Assembly: GCA_039920285.1 (NCBI GenBank) | Contig: JBDSDX010000001.1 | Coordinates: forward strand, 120,001 to 152,000 | Source: Candidatus Saccharimonadota bacterium | GTDB lineage: Bacteria; Patescibacteriota; Saccharimonadia; Saccharimonadales; Saccharimonadaceae | Direction: 5' to 3' | Length of the DNA: 32,000 bases | Shown: positions 22,670-30,725 of the stretch, piece after piece | Layout: each line of letters opens with the position of its first letter | Position numbering within the stretch: position 1 is the first letter of the stretch | The notes under the pieces: generated by a model | What the model saw: only the letters and a program-made list of their open reading frames with translations | Database searches by the model: none | What the model was told of the DNA's origin: nothing | Made by a program: the position numbers and the translations under genes

Positions 22670-24037
22670 TTAGGCATATAATTTCTCCCGTATTGAGGCA
22701 ACCTGTTCACGAATAACAAAATCAAGTTTAATTGCTTTTTCAATCTTTTCAACAGAGTGAATTGCCGTTGTGTGGTCTTTACGACCCAACTCACCAGCAA
22801 TCTTCGGGAAACTTAAATGGAGTTCACTCCGGAGAAGGTACATGGCAATTTGACGAGGGGTGACAATGTGTTTATCACGCTTCTCACTACAAATCTCGTC
22901 AATACCAAGTTGGAAATGTTTTGCGGTACGATCGATAATTTGTTTACTTGTGAGGTGTTGTGGGCGAGAATGACGAACATTCCCTAGTAACCCCTCAGCG
23001 GTCGAAACATCAGGGCTAATACCGCGCATCTCTGCATAGGCAAGAAGTTGATTCAGTGCGCCTTCAAGCTCACGAACGTTTGTTTTGATGTTTGTCGCAA
23101 GATACTCAACTGTTTCACGGTTCAATTCGACACCGGACAAGGCTGCTTTTGCGGTTAAGATAGCACAACGGGTCTCAAAGTCTGGCATTTGAACATCAAT
23201 TGCCATACCCATTTCAAAACGAGTACGAAGACGCTCAGTAAGGGTTGGAATACTTCGTGGAGGTTTATCACTACTGATAATAATTTGTTTATTGTTCTGG
23301 TGAAGGAAGTTGAAAGTATGAAAGAACTCTTCTTGAGTCTTTTCTTTATTCGCAATAAACTGCATATCATCGACGATCAATACATCAACATTGCGATACT
23401 TGTCTGAAAAGCCCTTTTTCTTAAATCGAATGTAATCGAGGAATTCGTTCACGAACGTTTCAGAACTAATATATAAGACACGACTTTCGGGAGTATTCTT
23501 CATAATCTCATTACCGATTGCCTGCATAAGGTGAGTTTTACCGAGACCAACACCTCCATAGAAATAGATAGGGTTGTACTTTACACCAGGGTTGGCGGCA
23601 ACTGCTTGACTGACGTTGTACGCAAGGTCGTTACTAGAACCAACAATAAAGTTTTCGAAAGTATAACGAGGGTTAAGGTTGCCTCGAACCGATAGAGTTG
23701 ATGTCGGTTGGTTGAGAAGGGAGTTTGCCATGTCACTTCGAGCAGAAGAAGGTGTTGTTTCTGGGGTTGTCTCACGGTTGACGCGGGTTTTTTTACCAGC
23801 AACGATGATGGTGTATGAGATTCTCTTTGGAGTAACACCGTTGTTGGCGAGGACTTTTAGAAGCTGGTCATTAAACTTTACTTCGAATTGTTTTTTGGCA
23901 AAAATGTTTGGGACAGCGACGACAATTTCGTCCTCAGTTTGACTGACGAGCTCAGTGTTTTTATACCACGTCGTAAACGTCGCATGAGAGACCGTCAATT
24001 CGATCTCACCCAAAACACTTTGCCACAGCGCGTTCAT
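22670..24037 (-). CDS. dnaA: Chromosomal replication initiator protein DnaA
   Basis: AAA+ Walker A GGVGLGKTHL and Walker B LIVDDMQF. The C-terminal DNA-binding helix-turn-helix region reads IAMYLLRSELHLSFPKIAGELGRKDHTTAIHSVEKI. The start is either ATG 24037 (MNALWQSVL..., the usual DnaA N-terminus) or 24055. Confidence 0.92.
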   Translation of the reverse strand: MNALWQSVLGEIELTVSHATFTTWYKNTELVSQTEDEIVVAVPNIFAKKQFEVKFNDQLLKVLANNGVTPKRISYTIIVAGKKTRVNRETTPETTPSSARSDMANSLLNQPTSTLSVRGNLNPRYTFENFIVGSSNDLAYNVSQAVAANPGVKYNPIYFYGGVGLGKTHLMQAIGNEIMKNTPESRVLYISSETFVNEFLDYIRFKKKGFSDKYRNVDVLIVDDMQFIANKEKTQEEFFHTFNFLHQNNKQIIISSDKPPRSIPTLTERLRTRFEMGMAIDVQMPDFETRCAILTAKAALSGVELNRETVEYLATNIKTNVRELEGALNQLLAYAEMRGISPDVSTAEGLLGNVRHSRPQHLTSKQIIDRTAKHFQLGIDEICSEKRDKHIVTPRQIAMYLLRSELHLSFPKIAGELGRKDHTTAIHSVEKIEKAIKLDFVIREQVASIREKLYA

Positions 24038-24055
24038 GTGTCTGTATACTCCCAT

Positions 24056-24271
24056 ACATTTTCACTGCTATTACACTTTAGTATACGGTACCAACAGAGT
24101 TTTCCACAACCATAAATGACATAACAAAGTGAGAGGTCAAATAGAGGTACCAGTTGTACACAGTTGCGAGCTCCCTCTGTTAATGTGTGGAAAAGGGGAG
24201 CAATACTGGGGATAAGTTTATATATAAAGTAACGAATCTTCGAAAAATCAAACATAAGAGGGGCGGGGGAG
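24056..24271. other. Putative oriC segment 2 (upstream of dnaA): DnaA boxes plus AT-rich stretch
   Basis: TTTTCCACA (24100-24108) and its inverted copy TGTGGAAAA (24186-24194); TGGGGATAA (24207-24215, reverse complement TTATCCCCA). An AT-rich stretch lies at 24216-24258 and TGTACACA at 24155-24162. Confidence 0.6.
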
Positions 24272-24300
24272 TTGATTTATAGGGGTGAATACGGTAGAAT
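24272..24300 (+). promoter_or_regulatory. Sigma70-type promoter for rpmH (TTGATT-17-TAGAAT)
   Basis: ttgatt at 24272-24277, a 17-nt spacer, and tagaat at 24295-24300, 9 nt upstream of the rpmH ATG. Confidence 0.55.
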
Positions 24301-24309
24301 GGTTGAGAT

Positions 24310-24447
24310 ATGCCAAAACGAACTCACCAACCACATACACGTCACCGCGCCCGAGTGCACGGCTTTCGTGCACGTATTGCTTCTAAAGCTGGACGTGCTG
24401 TCTTGAAGCGTCGCCGAATTAAGGGCCGCGCTCGATTGACTGTATAA
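24310..24447 (+). CDS. rpmH: 50S ribosomal protein L34
   Basis: Not in the ORF track because it is under 60 aa. My translation is [45 protein letters not shown], a canonical L34 sequence. It sits upstream of rnpA. Confidence 0.92.
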   Translation: MPKRTHQPHTRHRARVHGFRARIASKAGRAVLKRRRIKGRARLTV

Positions 24448-24454
24448 ACATATT

Positions 24455-24487
24455 TCGCCGCTCATTTTCTGAAGCGGCGATTTTTTT
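24455..24487 (+). terminator. Rho-independent terminator after rpmH
   Basis: Stem tcgccgc (24455-24461) / gcggcga (24474-24480), followed by ttttttt. Confidence 0.7.
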
Positions 24488-24505
24488 ATCCTATAATATA
24501 ACTAT

Positions 24506-24865
24506 ATGATCCCTGCCCCATTCCGTTTTCACGGTCACAACAGTCTTCGTTATGTGTACGCCAACGGTAAGGCGGTTCGTTCGCAACCCATGACTATAAA
24601 GTGGGTAAAAAACACTCACCGATCGAAATCTCGTATTTCAACAGTGGTCAGTAAGAAGGTTATCAAAAGCGCCATTGGACGTAATCGTATTCGTCGACGT
24701 GTTTATGAGTACGTTCGCCTTCACCTCGATGCTATGAATGACACCTACGATATTGTGATCATTGTGACGTCGCCGGAGCTACGCGTTATGCCAGCTTCAG
24801 AGCTTTCAGGTCTCTTGGATCAACTTTTCCAGAGAGCAGAGCTATATAAAACCTCTCAAAACTGA
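24506..24865 (+). CDS. rnpA: Ribonuclease P protein component
   Basis: 119-aa basic protein (RNRIRRRVYE) in the conserved rpmH-rnpA-yidC position. Confidence 0.85.
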   Translation: MIPAPFRFHGHNSLRYVYANGKAVRSQPMTIKWVKNTHRSKSRISTVVSKKVIKSAIGRNRIRRRVYEYVRLHLDAMNDTYDIVIIVTSPELRVMPASELSGLLDQLFQRAELYKTSQN

Positions 24866-24911
24866 TATAATAACTATCAAGTAACCCCTCTTTAGAGGCC
24901 ACAAAACCATA

Positions 24912-25862
24912 ATGAATATTTTTGAAACGCTTATCGTTCAACCAATCTTTAACCTGTTGATGGGGCTTTATAGTATTATCCCGGGTCATGATTTTGGTAT
25001 CGCGCTTATTATCTTTACGATCTTGATTCGTTTTGCACTCTGGCCACTCGTGGTTCGCCAACTACACCAAGTAAAGGCAATGCGAAAACTGCAACCAGAA
25101 CTGACGAAGATTAAAAAGGCCACCAAGGGTAATCGTCAACTTGAAAGTATGCAAATGCTTGAGCTATATAAAAAGCACGATGTGAAACCGTTCCGCTCTA
25201 TTCTTATCCTGTTGATTCAACTCCCTATCTTCATCGCCCTTTACCAGGTGATTCAGATCTTTACGAGTCACCGCGACCAGCTCGGTAAGTTCACCTATGA
25301 CTTTATTGAGCACATTCAACCGATCCAAGCGTTGATTGCTCACCCGGAACAGTTTAATGAAAAACTTCTTGGACTCGTTGACCTTACCTCTCACGCTATT
25401 GGTCCAGATGGAGTAAATATATTCTTGGTTGTTCTGGCAATTATCGCTGCGGGTACCCAGTACATCATTTCTCGCCAAACCTCACCTCAAACAAGTACGA
25501 AGCGATTCCGTGATGTCATGGCTGAAGCTGCTGACGGCAAACAACCTGACCAATCAGAAATCAACGCAGTTATGATGAGCAAAATGGTTAAAATCCTTCC
25601 GTTCTTCATGCTCTTTATTATGTTAAGTCTTCCTGGCGCATTGGCACTGTACTACTCAACCTCAAACATCTTTGCTGCGATTCAACAACACTATCTTTTG
25701 AAGAAGGACGCAAAAGAGATGGATCAAATTGCCAGCGAAGTGATCCAACAACCGGGTAAAAAAGCGACTGCGAAAGCTCGTGAAAAAGTAGCTCGTGAAG
25801 GCAATGTTATCCGTATATCTGCTAAAGACACTCCTCGTAAGAATAATAAGGAGAACGTATAA
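24912..25862 (+). CDS. yidC: Membrane protein insertase YidC (short, Gram-positive/Oxa1-like form)
   Basis: ALIIFTILIRFALWPLVVRQLHQVKAMRKLQPELTKIKKA...MQMLELYKKHDVKPF, multiple TM helices and a basic C-terminal tail. Synteny supports the call. Confidence 0.88.
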   Translation: MNIFETLIVQPIFNLLMGLYSIIPGHDFGIALIIFTILIRFALWPLVVRQLHQVKAMRKLQPELTKIKKATKGNRQLESMQMLELYKKHDVKPFRSILILLIQLPIFIALYQVIQIFTSHRDQLGKFTYDFIEHIQPIQALIAHPEQFNEKLLGLVDLTSHAIGPDGVNIFLVVLAIIAAGTQYIISRQTSPQTSTKRFRDVMAEAADGKQPDQSEINAVMMSKMVKILPFFMLFIMLSLPGALALYYSTSNIFAAIQQHYLLKKDAKEMDQIASEVIQQPGKKATAKAREKVAREGNVIRISAKDTPRKNNKENV

Positions 25863-26323
25863 TGAACCAAGAACAATCAATGGAATTTGCTCGTACTTAC
25901 CTTGCTGATCTCTTGTCATTCTTCGGTGTGAACGTTGATGTTGTCGCCACGACTGAAGATGATGTGATTGAATTATCTGTTCCTTCAACTGATCTCAACA
26001 GCCTTTTGATCGGTCGCAATGCTGAAACACTCCGTAGTCTTCAGTACCTCGTCTCAACTGTTCTTCGAAATAAAGAAGCTGGTTTAACTCGTGTGAATAT
26101 TGATATCGCTGACTACAAAAAACAACGCGCTGAACGCGTGGCGAAAGAAGCTCGTGTATGGATTGAAGAAGTTCGTCGTACTGGTAGTTCACACGTTGCA
26201 AACCTCAACCCAGCTGATCGTCGTATTGTGCACCAAGTCGCAACTGAATATTCTGACATTCGCACCTTTTCAGAAGGTGAAGGTCACGAACGCCGTATTA
26301 CGATCGCCCAAACTAGCTCTTAG
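25862..26323 (+). CDS. jag: Jag/KhpB-type RNA-binding protein (KH plus R3H domains)
   Basis: R3H motif region NLNPADRRIVHQVATEYSDIRTFSEGEGHERRITI. There is a TAATG overlap with yidC, and the gene holds the conserved position after yidC. Confidence 0.8.
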   Translation: MNQEQSMEFARTYLADLLSFFGVNVDVVATTEDDVIELSVPSTDLNSLLIGRNAETLRSLQYLVSTVLRNKEAGLTRVNIDIADYKKQRAERVAKEARVWIEEVRRTGSSHVANLNPADRRIVHQVATEYSDIRTFSEGEGHERRITIAQTSS

Positions 26324-27413
26324 TTTTTTCTTTTAGAACTTTCATATAAATGGCGTGCGTCTGCATCGCCATTTTTTTCCATGAGTACTTCTTGATTTGA
26401 GAATACCCTTTAGCTGAAAGATCACGACGGATTTTATCACTTGATAAGACGTCGTCAATGGCGCGTGCCATCGACTCAACGTTCCTTGGGTCAAAGTAGT
26501 AGGCGGCATCGCCGTATACCTCTGGAAGGCAAGTAGCGTTGCTGCTGACGACAGGAAGGCCGTGACCCATCGCTTCAAGTGCAGGGAGACCAAAGCCTTC
26601 CATGAGCGACGGGAAGACGTAGGCGGTGGCATGAGAGTACACCCAACTCAGTTGGTCGTCTGGAAGGAAACCAGTGAAGAGGATGTTTTTGTAGTTTCTT
26701 TTTTTAAAGAAAACTTCATTACTAAGCGTGGCACTATTTTTAGCACCAACCAATACAAGCCCAAGGTCGGGGTATCGTTTCAATAACCTTTGATGAGCAT
26801 CACCGAGTCTTTTAATGTTTTTATAATCAGACTCATTTCCTACATATAACAAGAACTTCTTAAAGGGTAGCTTGATGCTGCGAGAAGACCCACTCGCAAT
26901 ATCACTCGCTTCATAAATAACCGTGACCTTCTCTTTCGGCACAGGGCTAAAGGCGATAAGCTCCTTTTTTGTAAACTTACTGATTGCAATAAGGTGGTCG
27001 TTTGATTGTATGAGACTACGAATAACGAATTTTCCAACAAACTGTTTTGCGTGATACACAAACCAGTTTTTGTCGGAGTTGTAAGTTTTTACCAACGTCA
27101 TATCATGGACGGTAGTTATTTTTTTACCTGGATAGAGAACGGGTTGCTGGATAATACCAAAGTGAACAAGATCAGGTTTCAGTTTTTTTAAGAATGAATT
27201 AAAACCAATTTGTTCAGCGAATGAAAATTGATCATACTCTGCAACAATAACTTTAAAATTATCATTGCGGGGTTTCCAAAATTTTTCATCTTTCGCACGG
27301 ACGAGGATTGAATAGTGATTCGTGTGATCGATGTCCTGTAAGTAGGTAACGAGCCGTTCAACATAACGACCGCTCGTCGAGTTGATAATACGAGCATCAA
27401 TGGCAATATGCAT
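26313..27413 (-). CDS. Glycosyltransferase family 1 (GT4-type)
   Basis: C-terminal GT1 signature: FPSLMEGFGLPALEAMGHGLPVVSSNATCLPEVYGDAAYYFDP. Confidence 0.8.
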   Translation of the reverse strand: MHIAIDARIINSTSGRYVERLVTYLQDIDHTNHYSILVRAKDEKFWKPRNDNFKVIVAEYDQFSFAEQIGFNSFLKKLKPDLVHFGIIQQPVLYPGKKITTVHDMTLVKTYNSDKNWFVYHAKQFVGKFVIRSLIQSNDHLIAISKFTKKELIAFSPVPKEKVTVIYEASDIASGSSRSIKLPFKKFLLYVGNESDYKNIKRLGDAHQRLLKRYPDLGLVLVGAKNSATLSNEVFFKKRNYKNILFTGFLPDDQLSWVYSHATAYVFPSLMEGFGLPALEAMGHGLPVVSSNATCLPEVYGDAAYYFDPRNVESMARAIDDVLSSDKIRRDLSAKGYSQIKKYSWKKMAMQTHAIYMKVLKEKTKS

Positions 27414-27844
27414 TACAGATCTCCTTCGGGAAGTTTCTTAAAGACGATACGAGAATAAAAGACGTAGTTCCAAATGAGTGAGGCGACAGTAGCGATAAGT
27501 TTCGCAATGAGCAAGATGAGTGCCGATGACCAACCTGTTGTCGCAAGAAGGTTACCAACCCCTGTGATAATAAGCGGTTGAATAATCCACAGGCCAATAA
27601 TGGTGACGATAATGAATAATCCAAACTGCTTTTTCACGTTCCCACCCTTTGTTTTGAAAGTGAAAGATTTGTTTACAAAGAAACTAAAGATAAATGCGCT
27701 ACCGGTTGAGAAAAAGTTGGCAACAATTTTATCAACACCAAGCGCGACGAGGATAAAGAGAATACCAAAGTCGATCGCGGTATTTGCGACGCCAACAACG
27801 CCGAAGCGCACTTTCTCAGCGTGTTTTTTTGCGAGTTCCCGCAT
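27413..27844 (-). CDS. GtrA family membrane protein
   Basis: MRELAKKHAEKVRFGVVGVANTAIDFGILFILV... with four TM helices and the pattern typical of GtrA-like flippase-associated proteins. I prefer the ATG at 27844 over the listed 27940, which would overlap the upstream GT2 by 125 nt. Confidence 0.7.
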   Translation of the reverse strand: MRELAKKHAEKVRFGVVGVANTAIDFGILFILVALGVDKIVANFFSTGSAFIFSFFVNKSFTFKTKGGNVKKQFGLFIIVTIIGLWIIQPLIITGVGNLLATTGWSSALILLIAKLIATVASLIWNYVFYSRIVFKKLPEGDL

Positions 27845-28763
27845 GATACTCCTGAACAAAATAGAGAGGTCGCTGTTTTGTTTCGTTAAAAATTCGCCCG
27901 ACATACTCACCGATAATACCGAGTGATAGGAGCTGAACACCGCCGAGGAATAAGATCACGGCCATGGTTGAAGGATAGCCCCCCAAGTCTGAGCCGAAGA
28001 AAATTGTTCGGATGACGAGGATGACAAGATAGATAAAAGCGATCAATGAAACGATAAACCCAAGAGCTGTCGAAAGTCGAAGAGGCGCTGTAGTAAATGA
28101 GGTGATACCGTCAACGGCAAGGTTGGCGAGTTTGAGGTAGTTAAATGAAGTTGTGCCGGCGGCGCGAGCATCACGGTCGTACATAATTTCTTTTTTATTG
28201 AACCCAACCCAACTGAACATTGCTTTGGTGTTTCGTTGTGATTCACGGAACTGTTTTAGTGCATCGACAACGCGGGCGTCGAGTAGGCGAAAGTCGCCAG
28301 TATCTTCTTGAATGGGAACATGACTCAACTTTTGAAGTGTCTGGTAGTACATCTTTGAGGTAAGTTTCTTTACCCATGATTCACCGGCACGACTGCGACG
28401 CTTTGCGTAGACGTCATCGTAGCCTTCTTCCCACAGTTTAATCATCTTGGGAATGAGCTCTGGAGGATCTTGAAGGTCGGCATCAATAATCACTGTTGCA
28501 TCGCCAGTGACATGGTCGAAGCCAGCAATCATAGCAATTTCTTTGCCAAAGTTTCGAGAGAAGCTGAGATAGGACACCCGCTCGTCTTGTTCGGCGTGTT
28601 CTTTGATAATATTTAAGGTTTTGTCACGGCTGCCATCATTTATAAATAAGAATTCGAATTCGTAATTCTTCACTTCATTGGCGAGAGTACCAAGTCGAAC
28701 AAAGAGCTTTTCTAAAACTGGCGCTTCGTTGTAGGCGGGGATCAAAATACTGATTTTTTTCAC
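27816..28763 (-). CDS. Glycosyltransferase family 2, polyprenyl-phosphate glycosyltransferase type (GtrB/DPM1-like)
   Basis: ILIPAYNEAPVLEKL..., INDGSRDKT, IIDADLQDPPE and two C-terminal TM helices. It has a GTG start and is paired with GtrA. Confidence 0.8.
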   Translation of the reverse strand: MKKISILIPAYNEAPVLEKLFVRLGTLANEVKNYEFEFLFINDGSRDKTLNIIKEHAEQDERVSYLSFSRNFGKEIAMIAGFDHVTGDATVIIDADLQDPPELIPKMIKLWEEGYDDVYAKRRSRAGESWVKKLTSKMYYQTLQKLSHVPIQEDTGDFRLLDARVVDALKQFRESQRNTKAMFSWVGFNKKEIMYDRDARAAGTTSFNYLKLANLAVDGITSFTTAPLRLSTALGFIVSLIAFIYLVILVIRTIFFGSDLGGYPSTMAVILFLGGVQLLSLGIIGEYVGRIFNETKQRPLYFVQEYHAGTRKKTR

Positions 28764-28799
28764 TGTTATAAGTATACCATTACAAGTGTTAAACGGGTG

Positions 28800-29663
28800 T
28801 TAGTATGACGATGCTACTTTTTCGATAAGATCGGTGAGTTGTGAGGCGACGAAGACGCCGTTATCCTTCAAGATCTGCGATTTGCTATTGGCTGATTCTT
28901 TTTCAGATCCTAATATTGCTCCGGCATGGCCAAGTTGAATGCCAGCTGGAGCATGGTGTCCGGCGATGTACGCATAGACCGGTTTTGTGACTGACGCCTT
29001 TATAAAGGCGGCTGCTTCGATTTCTTCTTGGCCACCGATCTCGCCGATAAGGACAATATGATCGACATCTGGATCATTTTGAAACAACTCAAGGCATTCG
29101 ATATACCCCATACCATGAACTTGGTCACCGCCGATACCAATGACATATTTTTGACCGACGCCCATTTGCGTGAGTCCAGCCATTGCTTCGTAGGTAAGGG
29201 TTCCGGATCGACTGACGATTGCAACTTTACCAAGCAGTGACATAGCTGCTGGAATAATACCAAGTTTGTTGATGTTGGGTAATAAGGCACCAGGTGAGTT
29301 TGGCCCCAGTAACGTCGATTGCGATGTCTTTAGGATTTTTTTGATAGTGAGCATATCGTGTATCGGAATTCCTTCAGTGATACAGACGATTAGTGGCACA
29401 TCAGCGGTGATTGCCTCGAGGATAGCGGCTTTGGCATAGGGAGCGGGGACGAAGATGATTGAAATATCGACGTTGGTGATTGCTTTGATAGCTTCGATTG
29501 AATCGTAGACCGGAACGCCTTCGACTTCTTGACCAGCTTTACCTGGCGAAGTTCCACCGACTATATGGGTACCGGCAGCGAGCATAGCTTTTGTCTGGAA
29601 ACTACCATGAGAACCAGTGATGCCCTGTACGATGACATTTTTACCAGTAAAGATATTAGTCAT
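28800..29663 (-). CDS. sucD: Succinate--CoA ligase (ADP-forming) subunit alpha-like
   Basis: VQGITGSHGSFQTKAMLAAGTHIVGGTSPGKAG, SRSGTLTYE, and the catalytic-His region QLGHAGAILG. Confidence 0.85.
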   Translation of the reverse strand: MTNIFTGKNVIVQGITGSHGSFQTKAMLAAGTHIVGGTSPGKAGQEVEGVPVYDSIEAIKAITNVDISIIFVPAPYAKAAILEAITADVPLIVCITEGIPIHDMLTIKKILKTSQSTLLGPNSPGALLPNINKLGIIPAAMSLLGKVAIVSRSGTLTYEAMAGLTQMGVGQKYVIGIGGDQVHGMGYIECLELFQNDPDVDHIVLIGEIGGQEEIEAAAFIKASVTKPVYAYIAGHHAPAGIQLGHAGAILGSEKESANSKSQILKDNGVFVASQLTDLIEKVASSY

Positions 29664-30723
29664 GAATCACCTCTTTAGCTGCGGTGAGGCAGGTGGCAAG
29701 ATCGGGCATGATCGTAATGCTCTTTTCTTTCAACAACGTCTCAGCGGCCTCGTAGTTGGTACCAGCGAGACGAATGAAGAGTGGTGGGAGGTGTTCAATC
29801 TGCTCTTTGGCGGCAATGATTGCCCTAGCAACCTCATCGGAGCGAGTAATACCTGCAAAAATATTAATAACAATTGCTTTAATATTTTCATATTCAACGA
29901 TTCGATTAAACGCTTTTAATAATGTCTCGGTGTTTGCCCCACCACCGATATCGAGAAAGTTGGCAGGGTGTAGTCCGGCTTCGAACACTGCATCAACTGT
30001 CGCCATAGCGAGACCGGCACCATTGGCGATTGTCGCCACATTCCCCTCTGGGTTGATAGTGACAAAGTTTGCCTCAGCTGGCGTTTCTTCAAATTTCCAG
30101 CTATGGCGAAAGGCGGCTGCATCATCGACCGTCATTTTACAGTCACCAGCAATGAGCTTCTCGTCGTTTGTGAGGACAAGGGGATTGATCTCAATAAGTG
30201 TTGCGTCATTTTTTACGAAACAACTATAGAGATTCTCCACTAAATCTTGGAGAACAAAGGTGTGGGTTGGTAATTCGAAATAATCTGCCAGTTCTTGACC
30301 AATCACTTCGGCATTGAAACCGACGTAGTCGATGGGCCAAGTTTTGAAGTCGGTATTGTCCTCAACTTCAACGCCGCCGTTTCGGTGAGCAACTAAGACA
30401 ATGCTCGAAAGCGCGCGGTCGATGAGGATACTGAGATAAAATTCCCTTTTGATCGACAGCTTTTCTTCAACGAGAATTGTTTTTGGTACGAAGTTTTTAA
30501 TAGAGAGGTTGAAGATTTTTTCGATAGCTTCATTACTGGCCTCTTTTGAATCGACAACAACAATGCCGCCCGCCTTGCCACGTCCGCCGATTGGCACTTG
30601 GGATTTTAATACGTAGGGAAGTGAATGAGAGGGTGACTCCCCTTTTTTGATTACCTCAGAATCGGGGATGGGGATTGATGCCTCGGCCAAAAGTTTCTTG
30701 GCCTCGTATTCTAGAAGTTTCAT
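29656..30723 (-). CDS. sucC: Succinate--CoA ligase subunit beta-like (ATP-grasp)
   Basis: MKLLEYEAKKLL..., VLKSQVPIGGRGKAGGI, IEINPL, IANGAGLAMATVD and NIFAGITRSDEVA. It overlaps the sucD start by 8 nt. Confidence 0.85.
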   Translation of the reverse strand: MKLLEYEAKKLLAEASIPIPDSEVIKKGESPSHSLPYVLKSQVPIGGRGKAGGIVVVDSKEASNEAIEKIFNLSIKNFVPKTILVEEKLSIKREFYLSILIDRALSSIVLVAHRNGGVEVEDNTDFKTWPIDYVGFNAEVIGQELADYFELPTHTFVLQDLVENLYSCFVKNDATLIEINPLVLTNDEKLIAGDCKMTVDDAAAFRHSWKFEETPAEANFVTINPEGNVATIANGAGLAMATVDAVFEAGLHPANFLDIGGGANTETLLKAFNRIVEYENIKAIVINIFAGITRSDEVARAIIAAKEQIEHLPPLFIRLAGTNYEAAETLLKEKSITIMPDLATCLTAAKEVIHD

Positions 30724-30725
30724 GG

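Noticed and set aside
22408-22800. 130-aa minus-strand ORF downstream of and overlapping dnaA
   Set aside because: It overlaps the dnaA 3' end out of frame and otherwise covers the dnaA-dnaN intergenic region full of DnaA-box-like repeats. That region is better explained as oriC.
24277-24465. 62-aa minus-strand ORF
   Set aside because: It is exactly antisense to the unmistakable rpmH (L34) gene, which the ORF track missed because it is under 60 aa.
27845-27940. Long form of the GtrA ORF (start 27940)
   Set aside because: It would overlap the upstream GT2 by 125 nt. The extra 32 residues are not GtrA-like, and the ATG at 27844 yields the canonical basic N-terminus followed by the first TM helix.
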